A stretch of 64,000 bases of DNA from an uncultured virus (IMG/VR IMGVR_UViG_3300032322_002907) (taxonomy: Duplodnaviria > Heunggongvirae > Uroviricota > Caudoviricetes). Under the pieces are notes generated by a model. That model did no database searches. It saw only the letters and a list, made by a program, of their open reading frames with translations, and was not told the origin of the DNA. Shown here piece by piece: positions 36,060 to 45,913 of this stretch. The translations under genes and the position numbers were made by a program. Each line of letters opens with the position of its first letter. The stretch's first letter is position 1. The DNA is taken from IMG/VR virus record IMGVR_UViG_3300032322_002907; one strand, 5' to 3'.

Positions 36060-36899
36060 TTAAGTACCCCATGCATTTTTAAACAAGGGGACCTGTAAGC
36101 GATCTGAATAACGATAGCCTCTTGACATCGCCAATTCAGCCACCCTCTTATTATTTAGCGAATACACACTCTCTACACCACCAACAGGCATTAGATAAAC
36201 AGGACCTTTAAATCCTGCTTTACGATAAGCAGATACAGCGTCTTCGATTTCCTCACTATCTTCTTCGCCAGTTACAACAAATTTTAAATATGTAAACCCA
36301 AGTAGTTCATAATCACACACCACGTCTGGCTTAATTGCATCTTCCCACTTCTCACCACTTACACTCAATTTAGGACTTACACTAAATGTAACTTCGTAAA
36401 TGTTGCTATCATTTAATAGGTAATCAAAAAATTCACTTGTTAGACTCTGTGTACCATTCGTTTCAAATGTGACTTCCTTTAAATTACGAATCAAATCATG
36501 TTCAAGAAGTTCAGGATACGCTCGTTGCCAACCCAACAAAGGTTCGCCGCCTGTAATGACTAGGTGTTCTTCTTTCCATTGCTTATGTGGGAGTAGATCG
36601 ATGATAGCTTTGGCGATAGCATCTGTATCAAGAAGTGGAGACATATGCTTAAAGCGAGGATCCCAACTAGCGTAAGAATCACACCCGGTATTAACCAAAG
36701 GAAGATCTCTGTATTGGTTATAGAATGTAATATTTGCAGCCACATCGTCTCGTTCATGACTTATCTCTCCTCGTGGCATACCGAAACCACCACAGGTAAA
36801 ATTACATCCAAATGTTCGAAGAAAGACACTAGGTACACCCATGTATCTACCTTCACCTTGTATCGAATAAAAAAGTTCACTCACCTTAATCTTTTGCAT
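36060..36899 (-). CDS. queE: 7-carboxy-7-deazaguanine synthase (radical SAM)
   Basis: SIQGEG, GCNFTC...CD, ITGGEP, ETNG, SPK. Confidence 0.92.
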   Translation of the reverse strand: MQKIKVSELFYSIQGEGRYMGVPSVFLRTFGCNFTCGGFGMPRGEISHERDDVAANITFYNQYRDLPLVNTGCDSYASWDPRFKHMSPLLDTDAIAKAIIDLLPHKQWKEEHLVITGGEPLLGWQRAYPELLEHDLIRNLKEVTFETNGTQSLTSEFFDYLLNDSNIYEVTFSVSPKLSVSGEKWEDAIKPDVVCDYELLGFTYLKFVVTGEEDSEEIEDAVSAYRKAGFKGPVYLMPVGGVESVYSLNNKRVAELAMSRGYRYSDRLQVPLFKNAWGT

Positions 36900-36945
36900 A
36901 CATCCCCCAATAAAAAGCACATGATATAAGAATATTTAGCAGAAA

Positions 36946-37491
36946 TCAATCATCAAATTCAAGTTTTAGTGCTGTTTCCTCAGCCATCTTTGTACTTTTC
37001 TTTTGAGGTGTCGCTGCTCTGCGATCCGGATCAATCGTATCCAATTGCTTTTTGACGTAATCTAAAAACTGATTACTAAAGTCACTTGAGTCAGTCTCTT
37101 GGGTAATGATCTCATCAATATCAATGTTTTCAAGAAGTTTATACTTTGTGGCTTGCTGTTTCTTTTCTTTTTGTATTCGACGAATGAAAGCGTAATAAAC
37201 GATTTGTGTGTAATATGCGAATGGGTTCTTTGACTTTTCAGGGTCAAATTTTTCAGCCGCAACAAGACAATTTTCAATTGCATCAGAGACCATATCATCA
37301 CGGAATGAATAATTTATAAAGTTACCTTTGTATGCCAAGTGATTAGATATCTTTATAAAACATTCGCCAATGTAGTTAGGCAAAATTGGTTTTTCAATAC
37401 CTTGTGCAACTGCTTCATTACAAGCGGCTTTATACTGAGTCAATGCCTCAAGGAATTTATCATTGTCAACATAATGTGTAGCTTTTCTCAT
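36946..37491 (-). CDS. 55: late sigma factor gp55
   Basis: HYVDN...YIGECF...NFINY...NPFAYYTQI...AFIRRIQKEKKQ. Confidence 0.93.
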   Translation of the reverse strand: MRKATHYVDNDKFLEALTQYKAACNEAVAQGIEKPILPNYIGECFIKISNHLAYKGNFINYSFRDDMVSDAIENCLVAAEKFDPEKSKNPFAYYTQIVYYAFIRRIQKEKKQQATKYKLLENIDIDEIITQETDSSDFSNQFLDYVKKQLDTIDPDRRAATPQKKSTKMAEETALKLEFDD

Positions 37492-37492
37492 A

Positions 37493-37933
37493 TTAGTGAT
37501 ACCATTTCTTTCTGTTGTCTTGTGATTTGGATACTTCTTCAAGTATTTCTTCTATCTCATCATCTTCATCGTACTCATCATCTTCAATACCTGCGATCTC
37601 AGCTCCGCCTTCTTCAATAGGTTGTTGGGAATTGGGATCGGTTATAAATTCAATGTACTTGTCGATGAAAATTTCCTTTAACTTACCCACAAACACTACA
37701 TTACTCATAGGTATTTTTGTTGTGTTATCACTTGAAAACGGAGTCCATGATTGCATGATATATTTTTCAATGATGACACCATTGTGAGGAATCTTAAATG
37801 AAAAGATTTGAATAGGATCTATTATAGGCAGAAACTTTAATTTTTCAATTGTTGACACATCATGAAAAGTTGTACAAATCAAGTTATCACCGTTAGATAG
37901 CTTAATGAAAATAAACTTTGCTTCTTCAGTCAT
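37493..37933 (-). CDS. hypothetical T4-like protein
   Basis: IKLSNGD N-terminus, acidic tail; between uvsW and 55. Confidence 0.65.
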   Translation of the reverse strand: MTEEAKFIFIKLSNGDNLICTTFHDVSTIEKLKFLPIIDPIQIFSFKIPHNGVIIEKYIMQSWTPFSSDNTTKIPMSNVVFVGKLKEIFIDKYIEFITDPNSQQPIEEGGAEIAGIEDDEYDEDDEIEEILEEVSKSQDNRKKWYH

Positions 37934-39419
37934 TTAAAGGTACCTTTACTAAAGTGTAACTAAACGACTCCTCATTATAAATTTTTATTCTTTCAACCAT
38001 ATGTTGTAATGTAAAATTTTTCTTACTTTTCCAACTTAGATCATCACCTATATCATATAGATTGCATTTATCTTTGGTTTCAGAAATACGCAATCCTCTA
38101 CCAATTGATTGCAAATTACGAACCCTTGACTTAGAAGGCGATGCAAAAATAATATTATGAAGGTTACGAATATTTACACCTGTTGAGAATGTCCCATACG
38201 ATGCTACAATTATGGCATCATTCTCCTTCTCTGTCAATGCCCTTATATTTTCACGTTGCTGGGTATCGGTGCCTCCATATACAAAGAACACCTTTCTATC
38301 CTCGCACTTCGCCCAAATCATATCATGAAGCATCTTGCCATGCTTTTCTACATATTGAAACAATACAAGAGTGTTACCTTTGCAATTGACAGCCAAGTTA
38401 CGAATGAATTTGTTTCTTGCATTGTTTGAGACAAGAAAATCCATCTCTTGTTGATAATCAAAACCTTTAGCTGCCTTTCTTAATTCATCTGAGTAATTTA
38501 GCACAAGGCAAAATATTTTTAAGTCAGCTAATTTTTTGTTTTCGATCAACTTTCGCGTCGTTGTCACTTTATATATAGGACCAAACAAACCCTCGAGGAC
38601 TAATTTATGTGTTTGTGTTCCATCAAGTGAACCTGTTGCACCGATACGATAAGGCGTTTTCGTGCAACGAGACATGATAGCAGTCAATGACTTGGCTTTA
38701 AACAGATGTGCCTCATCACCATATATGCAATCGAATTCTTCGAAAAAATCTTTGGGTAGTTTTTGTAATGATTGCCATGTTGAAATAATTACAGGAAAGT
38801 CATTCGTCTTTTCCTTTCCTGAATAAATTCGATGACAATTTTTTTGTACGTTCCAATTATTGACACTTGAATAGTCAATGAAGTCAGAATACAATTGTTC
38901 TACAAGTGATGTTGTGGGAACAACAATCAACTGTTTTCGTCCTTTGTTATGGTGCCATCTAATAAGCGAATAGATGATTAAAGACTTACCCGAACCTGTT
39001 GGCGATATGAGCATCTTCCTACCACAGGACAACGCTTGATAAATTGCATCGATTTGATATTCACGCACATCAATGGGTTTGCCTTGTGATGAAAGTTGTA
39101 GGTCATTACAAAATGTTTCTACATCAGTAGAAGTACATTGCTCACCCACACGTTCATACTTAGAAAAATCAATAGTATAGCCGCTATTGACAGCAAAGTC
39201 ATTAATATGATCCACCAGTCCACAATATACCTCACCAGTCATGTATGAAAAAAGACGAATCTTTCCATCCCACATTCTGTTTCGATACAAAGGAGTAAAT
39301 TTGGCGCCAGGAACATCGAATGTGAAATGTTCACTTAGCTCTTGTCTTAAGCTGGGTTCACAATCAACGATTACATGAACCTCATCTTTCTTTTTAATTC
39401 GAATATCAGATTGATCCAT
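37926..39419 (-). CDS. uvsW: DNA helicase UvsW
   Basis: WDGKIRLF, SPTGSGKS, DEAH, QSIGRGLR. Confidence 0.95.
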   Translation of the reverse strand: MDQSDIRIKKKDEVHVIVDCEPSLRQELSEHFTFDVPGAKFTPLYRNRMWDGKIRLFSYMTGEVYCGLVDHINDFAVNSGYTIDFSKYERVGEQCTSTDVETFCNDLQLSSQGKPIDVREYQIDAIYQALSCGRKMLISPTGSGKSLIIYSLIRWHHNKGRKQLIVVPTTSLVEQLYSDFIDYSSVNNWNVQKNCHRIYSGKEKTNDFPVIISTWQSLQKLPKDFFEEFDCIYGDEAHLFKAKSLTAIMSRCTKTPYRIGATGSLDGTQTHKLVLEGLFGPIYKVTTTRKLIENKKLADLKIFCLVLNYSDELRKAAKGFDYQQEMDFLVSNNARNKFIRNLAVNCKGNTLVLFQYVEKHGKMLHDMIWAKCEDRKVFFVYGGTDTQQRENIRALTEKENDAIIVASYGTFSTGVNIRNLHNIIFASPSKSRVRNLQSIGRGLRISETKDKCNLYDIGDDLSWKSKKNFTLQHMVERIKIYNEESFSYTLVKVPLND

Positions 39420-39846
39420 TTGACCACTTTAGCCACTCGATAGCATTTTTTATGTCCCACGTTCTTGAATTCAATGAGCGAATGATTTGTTCTAATTGAT
39501 ATAGAACTGTTTTGAAGTATTCGATTTTATCTTGCAATGCAATCAAATCAGAATCAAATGAAAGGAACTCATCCATTTCGTTTTTAAGAGGTTTCGTTCC
39601 TTGCCATTGTTCCCATTCTTCATTTAAAAGTTCTTGCTGTGTCATCTCACCTCGATAATAACGAAACTTCTTTCTACGCATGTTTGCATAATCAGATTCT
39701 GCTTTTCGCAAATTTAGTTTTGTAGAGGTAAGAAGATTTAAATACTTTGCATGAAGAATAGGAATCTTCGTTGCTTCGCCACCCAAGTTCATTTCATCAA
39801 TGGGAGAGTCTTTCTCCCATTGTGTTTGCAGATCACTTAATTTCAT
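39406..39846 (-). CDS. uvsY: recombination mediator UvsY
   Basis: LHAKYL...YYRG...IKNAIEW; synteny. Confidence 0.9.
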   Translation of the reverse strand: MKLSDLQTQWEKDSPIDEMNLGGEATKIPILHAKYLNLLTSTKLNLRKAESDYANMRRKKFRYYRGEMTQQELLNEEWEQWQGTKPLKNEMDEFLSFDSDLIALQDKIEYFKTVLYQLEQIIRSLNSRTWDIKNAIEWLKWSNGSI

Positions 39847-40670
39847 CGTGCCTTTTCAAAGATAATAGTGGGATTACCCGCAAAAGGAATTGTTCCATAA
39901 TGATTCAAACTGATATTTGGATCAAGCCAAACTTGCCCACCAAGTTCTTGCCAACGGCGACAGAAAGTGTAATCTTCTGAAAGATAACGCTTTGAACTTT
40001 GTTCAATGATAGTATCAAACAATGCATACGTATATTTGTCAAGGTCTTTATCAACGTTAATATCATTGTTGTATTGAAGTTCGGGATACGCTTTGGTCAT
40101 TTTATCAAATACACTACGCTTAATAAGCATGAATCCCGTACCTGCATCTTTCAATGATACCAACCCATCTTGAACTTCAATTGATCTTTCTTCAAGATTT
40201 TTGAAGTTAAAGTTAATTGCATATTCACTACCTGATGCACTAATATCAGACGTGGGTGAATCTTTGTTGTCAAGAACATGGCGACGCACCAGATCCCAAT
40301 TGATACCCTTCTTCGGATATGCACCCACAGCAATCTCTTTATCTGCTGCGATAAGTCGAACTACATCTTCAACTTTGAATTCAATATCGGCATCAATGAA
40401 CAGAAGATGTGTGCAATCAGAGCGAAGAAAGAAAGCAGCAAGTGTATTACGCGCGCGAGGGACAAGCGACTCATTTGCAATAGTGCCAAACTGCAAAGGA
40501 ATATTGTGCTTATCAAAGAAAAACACAAGACGCAAAATACTTTTGAAGTAGGGTTCAGTTAGTGCACCGCCATAACAGGGGGTTGCAATAAACAATTTTG
40601 ATTTTTGAAGATCAGATACAGCAATGCTTTTTTTCGTCACTTCAGATTGTGATTCAATTAAATCAGACAT
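39843..40670 (-). CDS. GT-A-like glycosyltransferase
   Basis: IATPCYGG, ESLVPRARN, FIDAD, GTGFMLI, SEDYTFC. Confidence 0.7.
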   Translation of the reverse strand: MSDLIESQSEVTKKSIAVSDLQKSKLFIATPCYGGALTEPYFKSILRLVFFFDKHNIPLQFGTIANESLVPRARNTLAAFFLRSDCTHLLFIDADIEFKVEDVVRLIAADKEIAVGAYPKKGINWDLVRRHVLDNKDSPTSDISASGSEYAINFNFKNLEERSIEVQDGLVSLKDAGTGFMLIKRSVFDKMTKAYPELQYNNDINVDKDLDKYTYALFDTIIEQSSKRYLSEDYTFCRRWQELGGQVWLDPNISLNHYGTIPFAGNPTIIFEKAR

Positions 40671-40683
40671 AATTAACTCCAAG

Positions 40684-41265
40684 TTATAATGTTTTTATTT
40701 CAAATGATTGATATTTGAAAGTTGCTCCGCAGACAAGGTACTGTATACTATCAACTGTTGTGTCAAATGACAATGGTGAAACGTTGATAGGAAACAAACT
40801 TTTAAAACTTACTTCTATTTTGGGATTACCCGATGAATTTAAAATAAACAAAGATGCATCTGAATATTTTAAGTTCTCTGCATATTTATTATCAGAAGTT
40901 GCACCAGGAATTCTACTTAATCTTTTGTTAATAAATTCTCTATAAATCTCTTCGTTATGTTGAGGAAGTGCAAGTATCCAATTATAAAGTTCATTATAGT
41001 TTTGCATACCCTCAGAAACAATAAATTTTAAATTAAAATCTTCAAATTGTGGCTTACTATCAATAGCCCTAAAATTAAAGTTAGGTGTAGGAACTTGAAT
41101 AAAATCAACTCCAACTGTGGGTAAGGTAACTTCTTGACAAGTATAAGCTACATTAGGAAGATCTTTTATCACAAACCTAAACCCGTTAGGTTTCAAGTAG
41201 TCATATGTTGCAGGTTGACTATTTGAATAATTATTTGCTATATCTGAAGCACCCTCAATATACAA
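40684..41265 (-). CDS. 3: tail completion / sheath terminator gp3-like
   Basis: YLKPNGFRF...VTLP...LFPIN...F.Y; TTG start with AGGAG RBS. Confidence 0.75.
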   Translation of the reverse strand: MYIEGASDIANNYSNSQPATYDYLKPNGFRFVIKDLPNVAYTCQEVTLPTVGVDFIQVPTPNFNFRAIDSKPQFEDFNLKFIVSEGMQNYNELYNWILALPQHNEEIYREFINKRLSRIPGATSDNKYAENLKYSDASLFILNSSGNPKIEVSFKSLFPINVSPLSFDTTVDSIQYLVCGATFKYQSFEIKTL

Positions 41266-41296
41266 GATTTTCTCCTATGATGCAATATTTATGCAT

Positions 41297-41321
41297 AAAA
41301 AAAGGGGGACCGAAGTCCCCC
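41297..41321 (-). terminator. intrinsic terminator after gene 23
   Basis: GGGGGAC-TTCG-GTCCCCC followed by T7. Confidence 0.92.
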
Positions 41322-41343
41322 AAACCCGATCTACGCCGGTTTC

Positions 41344-42636
41344 TTACATGAGATTTAGAACGCCAGACTTACGATAGTACTGATTACGTCCAGACGTGAA
41401 GTTATCACCATCAGCAGCTGTTGAAGATGCATTTGGTGTAACGTATGGGTTAGCAATCATACCATAACGTGTCTTGAAGCCAATCTTTGGCTGGAAGGTG
41501 TTAGGATCAACTGCACGAACCATTTGGAGAGGAACGTATGGGCAGTAGAAAAGACCAGCGTCATAAGGTGAAGCACCTTTATAACCAACTACATAGAACT
41601 GATACTGTGCGCCAAGGTTGGCTGAATATGGATCGATATAGACACGGAAACGACCATTGAGAACACCAGCGAATGTATTGCCTGTGTCATCAACGTTTAG
41701 ACCTGTTGAAAGTGCAGGTGCATAGTCAAGAACACCAGCCATTGCAAGAGCAGAAGCTACGTCTGCTGAGCAAATGACGAAGTTACCTTTGCCTCTACGA
41801 GTATCTTGTGCAATATGGTTTGCATCGCGTTCCATATTGAATAGAAGACCCTTGAAGCGCTCGACTGACCAACGACCGTTTGAATCAATGTCAAGGTCAA
41901 ACGTACCTGGGGTTGCTGTTGCAGGTGAACCTGTCTTGGCAACTTTGTAAACAGTACGAATAACTTCACGGTTGATTTCAAACATGATTTCTTGTGAAAG
42001 AATATTTGAAAGCTCTGACTCAGCGTCAAGACCATGAACAGCTTTAAGGTCTTGTGCAAGTTCAACTGTGTACTCTGCCTTTAGAGCACGTGACTTAGCA
42101 GTAACAGTTGTCTTATCGATTGAGAAAGACATCTGACCGAAGTCATAGTTTGTTGTACCTAGTTGCTCGGCCCAAGCGGTAACGTTTGCTGTACCGGTTG
42201 TATAAGCACCATTAACAGGGTTTGAGCCGTTGTGTGTACCTGTACCAGAGAAGTCGGTATCAGCTTCGTTGTAAAGAGCTTCAACACGACCGCCAGCATT
42301 TGTACGCTCTGTACCATAAAGCGAACGCATTGCGAAGATAAGACCTGTAGGACCAGTCATTGGCTGAACGCCAGCAACGTCATAAGCCATTAGGTTAGGC
42401 ATAGCACGACGAACTAGACCGATAAGGATCGGATCATACTTGTCAATACCAGAACCTGAAATGTTGTTAGCAGGAATATCTTCGAAAAGGGCTTGACGCT
42501 CTTCACGAAGGGCTTTTTCTTGATTCTCTAGAAGAACAGCGGTAACAGCTCTCTTGTAGGTATCTTTGATCTCAGGAAGATCAGAATGCTCAAGAATGGC
42601 ACCCCATTTCTTCTGTAGTTGTTCGGTCATATACAT
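41344..42636 (-). CDS. 23: major capsid protein gp23
   Basis: GVQPMTGPTGLIFAMR, KSRALKAEYT, FYCPYVPL, QPKIGFKTRYG. Confidence 0.98.
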   Translation of the reverse strand: MYMTEQLQKKWGAILEHSDLPEIKDTYKRAVTAVLLENQEKALREERQALFEDIPANNISGSGIDKYDPILIGLVRRAMPNLMAYDVAGVQPMTGPTGLIFAMRSLYGTERTNAGGRVEALYNEADTDFSGTGTHNGSNPVNGAYTTGTANVTAWAEQLGTTNYDFGQMSFSIDKTTVTAKSRALKAEYTVELAQDLKAVHGLDAESELSNILSQEIMFEINREVIRTVYKVAKTGSPATATPGTFDLDIDSNGRWSVERFKGLLFNMERDANHIAQDTRRGKGNFVICSADVASALAMAGVLDYAPALSTGLNVDDTGNTFAGVLNGRFRVYIDPYSANLGAQYQFYVVGYKGASPYDAGLFYCPYVPLQMVRAVDPNTFQPKIGFKTRYGMIANPYVTPNASSTAADGDNFTSGRNQYYRKSGVLNLM

Positions 42637-42667
42637 CTTTGAAATCTCCTTGATTGGATATTATTTT

Positions 42668-42675
42668 TATTTATA
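42668..42675 (-). promoter_or_regulatory. T4-type late promoter of gene 23
   Basis: TATAAATA intergenic. Confidence 0.8.
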
Positions 42676-42678
42676 AAA

Positions 42679-43764
42679 TTAACGTGCTTTTGCAGCTCTT
42701 GAAAGAGCTTGTACATACTTCGACATTACATCGCTTGTCTGTTGTACAGGAGCTTCTTCATTTAAGAGCTGTTCTTCAGGTGAACTCTTTGCAGCTTTTG
42801 GAAAATAATTTTCCTTAATAACTTTTACTTTCTCACGGAAAAGCTCTTCTGAATCATAAGCCACACCTTCAACTAGCTTACCTAGCTTTTCTGCTTCGGT
42901 ATCAGCTAGATCACCACTCATTTCACTTAACACAATAGCTTTTCTTAAAGATGAAAGCTGTTCTGTAAGCTCAATGTTCTTATTCTCAGATTCATTAAGT
43001 TTTTCCTCAAGCTCATCTGATTTGGTTGAAAGAGTTTCAATAACATCGACTTTATCTTCAGGAATATCAATATAATTCTCTTGGAACAGAGTCTTTAGGC
43101 CTGTGATAAAATCTTCAGCGATTTCAGTGCGTAATCCGCCTTCAATCTCAAGTTTATTCTCTTCCATCCACTGCTCAACAACATAATTCATAAATGAATC
43201 TACTTTTTCGATCAATCCTTCAGTGATATCTTCGAGTTGCTTTTGCTTTTCTTCTTCAAGCTGAGCAACTACAGCGTCCATTTCTTCGTTTACACGTGCA
43301 ATGACAGCTGCTTCGAAAATTGCAGTAGCTTTGTCACGGAAATCTTCAGAAAGGTCGTCACCAAAAATGGCTGACAGTTGTTCTTTCAATGAAGGTTTTG
43401 AATCTTCTTTTTCTTCACCCATCGGCTTGTTGCCCGAGGATGCTTGCATGTTGACCATAGAAGTTGGGTCACCTGCATTCATGAAATTGGGTGCTGCACC
43501 TGGGCCCGAATTTGCTGGGCGAGGTGAATTTGGTGTTGACTTTGATACAACTGCGCCTTGGTTTTCCTCAGTTTCATCTCTTTCTTCATAATCAGCATCT
43601 TGTGAAGAACCTTGACGAGGCATAGTAGTATCACCTTGATTGGCGGCTTTAATGGATGTGTCTTTGGAAACGTTACCCGCACCCATCGGAGCCATACCTT
43701 CCTCATTAAGCTGCTCTTCACTCTTACGTGATAGCAACTCTTTGATTTTGCTCTCAATTGACAT
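42679..43764 (-). CDS. 22: prohead scaffold gp22
   Basis: LSEDF...AIFEAAV...YVVEQW...IKENYF; synteny. Confidence 0.9.
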   Translation of the reverse strand: MSIESKIKELLSRKSEEQLNEEGMAPMGAGNVSKDTSIKAANQGDTTMPRQGSSQDADYEERDETEENQGAVVSKSTPNSPRPANSGPGAAPNFMNAGDPTSMVNMQASSGNKPMGEEKEDSKPSLKEQLSAIFGDDLSEDFRDKATAIFEAAVIARVNEEMDAVVAQLEEEKQKQLEDITEGLIEKVDSFMNYVVEQWMEENKLEIEGGLRTEIAEDFITGLKTLFQENYIDIPEDKVDVIETLSTKSDELEEKLNESENKNIELTEQLSSLRKAIVLSEMSGDLADTEAEKLGKLVEGVAYDSEELFREKVKVIKENYFPKAAKSSPEEQLLNEEAPVQQTSDVMSKYVQALSRAAKAR

Positions 43765-43790
43765 AGATCTCTCCTAATGAAATTTACTTT

Positions 43791-43798
43791 TATTTATA
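43791..43798 (-). promoter_or_regulatory. T4-type late promoter of gene 22
   Basis: TATAAATA intergenic. Confidence 0.8.
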
Positions 43799-43802
43799 AG
43801 TT

Positions 43803-44444
43803 TTATTTTTTAGAAATTAGAGTAATGAATTGATTGAACAAATCAAGCTTTTTAGACTCAGAAAGTTTTGTTTTCTTTACCTCTTTCTTAATTTGTTCCA
43901 TTACCCATCCCTTACCTTCAACGTATAACCAAGATGCATCTTCCATAATGCCTTGAACAAAAGCATCGGGTGCAGAAGGATCAGCAACAATGTCTACGGT
44001 TGCCAAATGAAAGTCATCTTGCACTTCATTGACACCATCTTTGAGTTGTTTGACTGATCCTAATCCGCGCGAAGATACACCTAAGCGAACACCTTCCTCA
44101 ATAAAATTCTGTGCAATTTTCCCCATTGGGGTGTCTAGAATTTTGGCTTTCCCATAAACATCATTTCCTTCAAATCTTAAATTCGTGATAAGATGTGATA
44201 CTTGGTTTAGATTGATTGAAGGATTTGGTGGGTGTCCTAATTCGCCTAAAGCGCGCTTTTCACTAATGAGAGACTGATACCTATCAAGTTCTTTCTCAAC
44301 GATAGGTTTTCTATAGACACGACCATTACGATTTGTTTTCTCTGTCTGCATGAAGATACCTTCAATATAGACATTCTTACCGCCCGTTTCTTTTTTCTCG
44401 GTAATATATTTTACTTCTTGTGTGACTTCGGTAATAAGTTTCAT
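43803..44444 (-). CDS. 21: prohead protease gp21
   Basis: NRNGRVY, GELGHP, GVSSRGLGS, DIVADPSAPDA. Confidence 0.96.
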   Translation of the reverse strand: MKLITEVTQEVKYITEKKETGGKNVYIEGIFMQTEKTNRNGRVYRKPIVEKELDRYQSLISEKRALGELGHPPNPSINLNQVSHLITNLRFEGNDVYGKAKILDTPMGKIAQNFIEEGVRLGVSSRGLGSVKQLKDGVNEVQDDFHLATVDIVADPSAPDAFVQGIMEDASWLYVEGKGWVMEQIKKEVKKTKLSESKKLDLFNQFITLISKK

Positions 44445-44445
44445 G

Positions 44446-44841
44446 TTAGTTTCCCGATACAAAACCTTGCTGATCTGGCTCAGCAAATCCGGCTTCTTTT
44501 GTTAGACCTAGAATTACCGTTCCTCCCGAAGCAGGAATCGTCACTACAACGTTTGCAGAGTTATTCGACGTATCTGTAAATCCTGATACTTGTGAAAAGC
44601 TCCAATTATCACTACCGAAAAGAACTAAAACGTTTGAATTATTTCTTTTAAATAAGATTGGGCCGTTTTCTGAATTATAGTAAACACTGTTGATATTTAC
44701 CTTAATGGCAGCGACATTACTAACTGTTTCGTCAGATAATTTTAAGTCTGCGACAAGATCAACGTTAGCCGTGCCATCACCGACAAGTTTGACTACAGCT
44801 TGCTGCCTTACCTTCTTTAATATTGTTTTAGTGATTGGCAT
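44446..44841 (-). CDS. hypothetical head-region protein
   Basis: 131-aa ORF in head operon. Confidence 0.65.
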   Translation of the reverse strand: MPITKTILKKVRQQAVVKLVGDGTANVDLVADLKLSDETVSNVAAIKVNINSVYYNSENGPILFKRNNSNVLVLFGSDNWSFSQVSGFTDTSNNSANVVVTIPASGGTVILGLTKEAGFAEPDQQGFVSGN

Positions 44842-44850
44842 TTTTTGACC

Positions 44851-44982
44851 TTATCGAATGACTCTTCTTGGAGGTGGTGATCTTTTTGTTGCCCTTGCAT
44901 TGACACCAATTGAAATCTTTCCACCAGGAATTTTAATTGATTTTGTTGCTCTTAGAATAGAAGTGATGATTGAGCTAAACAT
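44851..44982 (-). CDS. small basic protein (43 aa, not in ORF track)
   Basis: MFSSIITSILRATKSIKIPGGKISIGVNARATKRSPPPRRVIR fills the gap; AAGGA RBS. Confidence 0.55.
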   Translation of the reverse strand: MFSSIITSILRATKSIKIPGGKISIGVNARATKRSPPPRRVIR

Positions 44983-44985
44983 TTT

Positions 44986-45729
44986 TTATTCCTTTGCTTT
45001 TTTGGCTTTTTTCTTCATGGGAGAATGGTTGTTATGATACTCAGCCATCATAACTTCAACATCTTCAGTAAAGATAACTTCTTCACCGTGATCAAATTGA
45101 ACTGTATACCATTCAATGTCGCCATTCTCATCAGGATCAGCGTGTTGACCTTCAACAACAACACCTTCACCGTACACATCAGAGAAAACATGTTTAGCGC
45201 AATAGTGTTGATCTTGCTGAACACTTTCATTCATATCATCCATAAAATGTGATTTAGGTCTAGCTGTATGCACATGAACAGTTCCTCCACCAGTACCATA
45301 ATCCATATGATCATTTACGTCCGTGCCACCTATTTTGGATCCAACCTTAAGATTGTTCTTTGCAGCAAGTGGACTTTTGGGACCAACTGCAATAACCTTA
45401 TACTGTGCTTTCTCGCTTGTTGGATTGCCTGTGCCAATATGATGAAGATGAATATCTCTGGGACCAATTTTTTTAGGTACATTAGGTTTACCATCAACCA
45501 ATTTATGATGTGTCATCTCCGGAGAAACTCTAGCATAAAAGTCTTTTCGTTCATCAATCTGTTCTGTTTCTTCAGTCCTCATTGCCTGCTTTGTTGCAGT
45601 GGCATACATTACTTCTTTAGCGCGCTCACCATAACGTTTTTTAAAGTCGCCAAATTTCTTTTTCATTGACTTGACAGTTTTTTCACGTTTTTTCATTTGT
45701 GTATCAGTCATTTTTTCTTGAATATCCAT
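44986..45729 (-). CDS. putative prohead core / internal head protein
   Basis: Position between 67 and 21; gp21-type I/M-x-E sites (IQE, IDE, MNE); VMYATATK motif. Confidence 0.6.
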   Translation of the reverse strand: MDIQEKMTDTQMKKREKTVKSMKKKFGDFKKRYGERAKEVMYATATKQAMRTEETEQIDERKDFYARVSPEMTHHKLVDGKPNVPKKIGPRDIHLHHIGTGNPTSEKAQYKVIAVGPKSPLAAKNNLKVGSKIGGTDVNDHMDYGTGGGTVHVHTARPKSHFMDDMNESVQQDQHYCAKHVFSDVYGEGVVVEGQHADPDENGDIEWYTVQFDHGEEVIFTEDVEVMMAEYHNNHSPMKKKAKKAKE

Positions 45730-45896
45730 TATTCTTCCTCTTGTGTATAGAGATTAGATGCGACTGATTGTTTTTGCGCTTCTAATGCATCTGTAACTTT
45801 AATAGAAATAATATCTTCGAAACGCTCTTGCGCCTCAGCGGATTGCCCGTCAAGCACATTAGCCATCATTTGTTTAATTAAATCTTTTGTTTCCAT
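45729..45896 (-). CDS. prohead core protein gp67-like (55 aa, not in ORF track)
   Basis: METKDLIKQMMANVLDGQSAEAQERFEDIISIKVTDALEAQKQSVASNLY, immediately after portal. Confidence 0.7.
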   Translation of the reverse strand: METKDLIKQMMANVLDGQSAEAQERFEDIISIKVTDALEAQKQSVASNLYTQEEE

Positions 45897-45913
45897 TTCA
45901 CATCCTTTATTTA

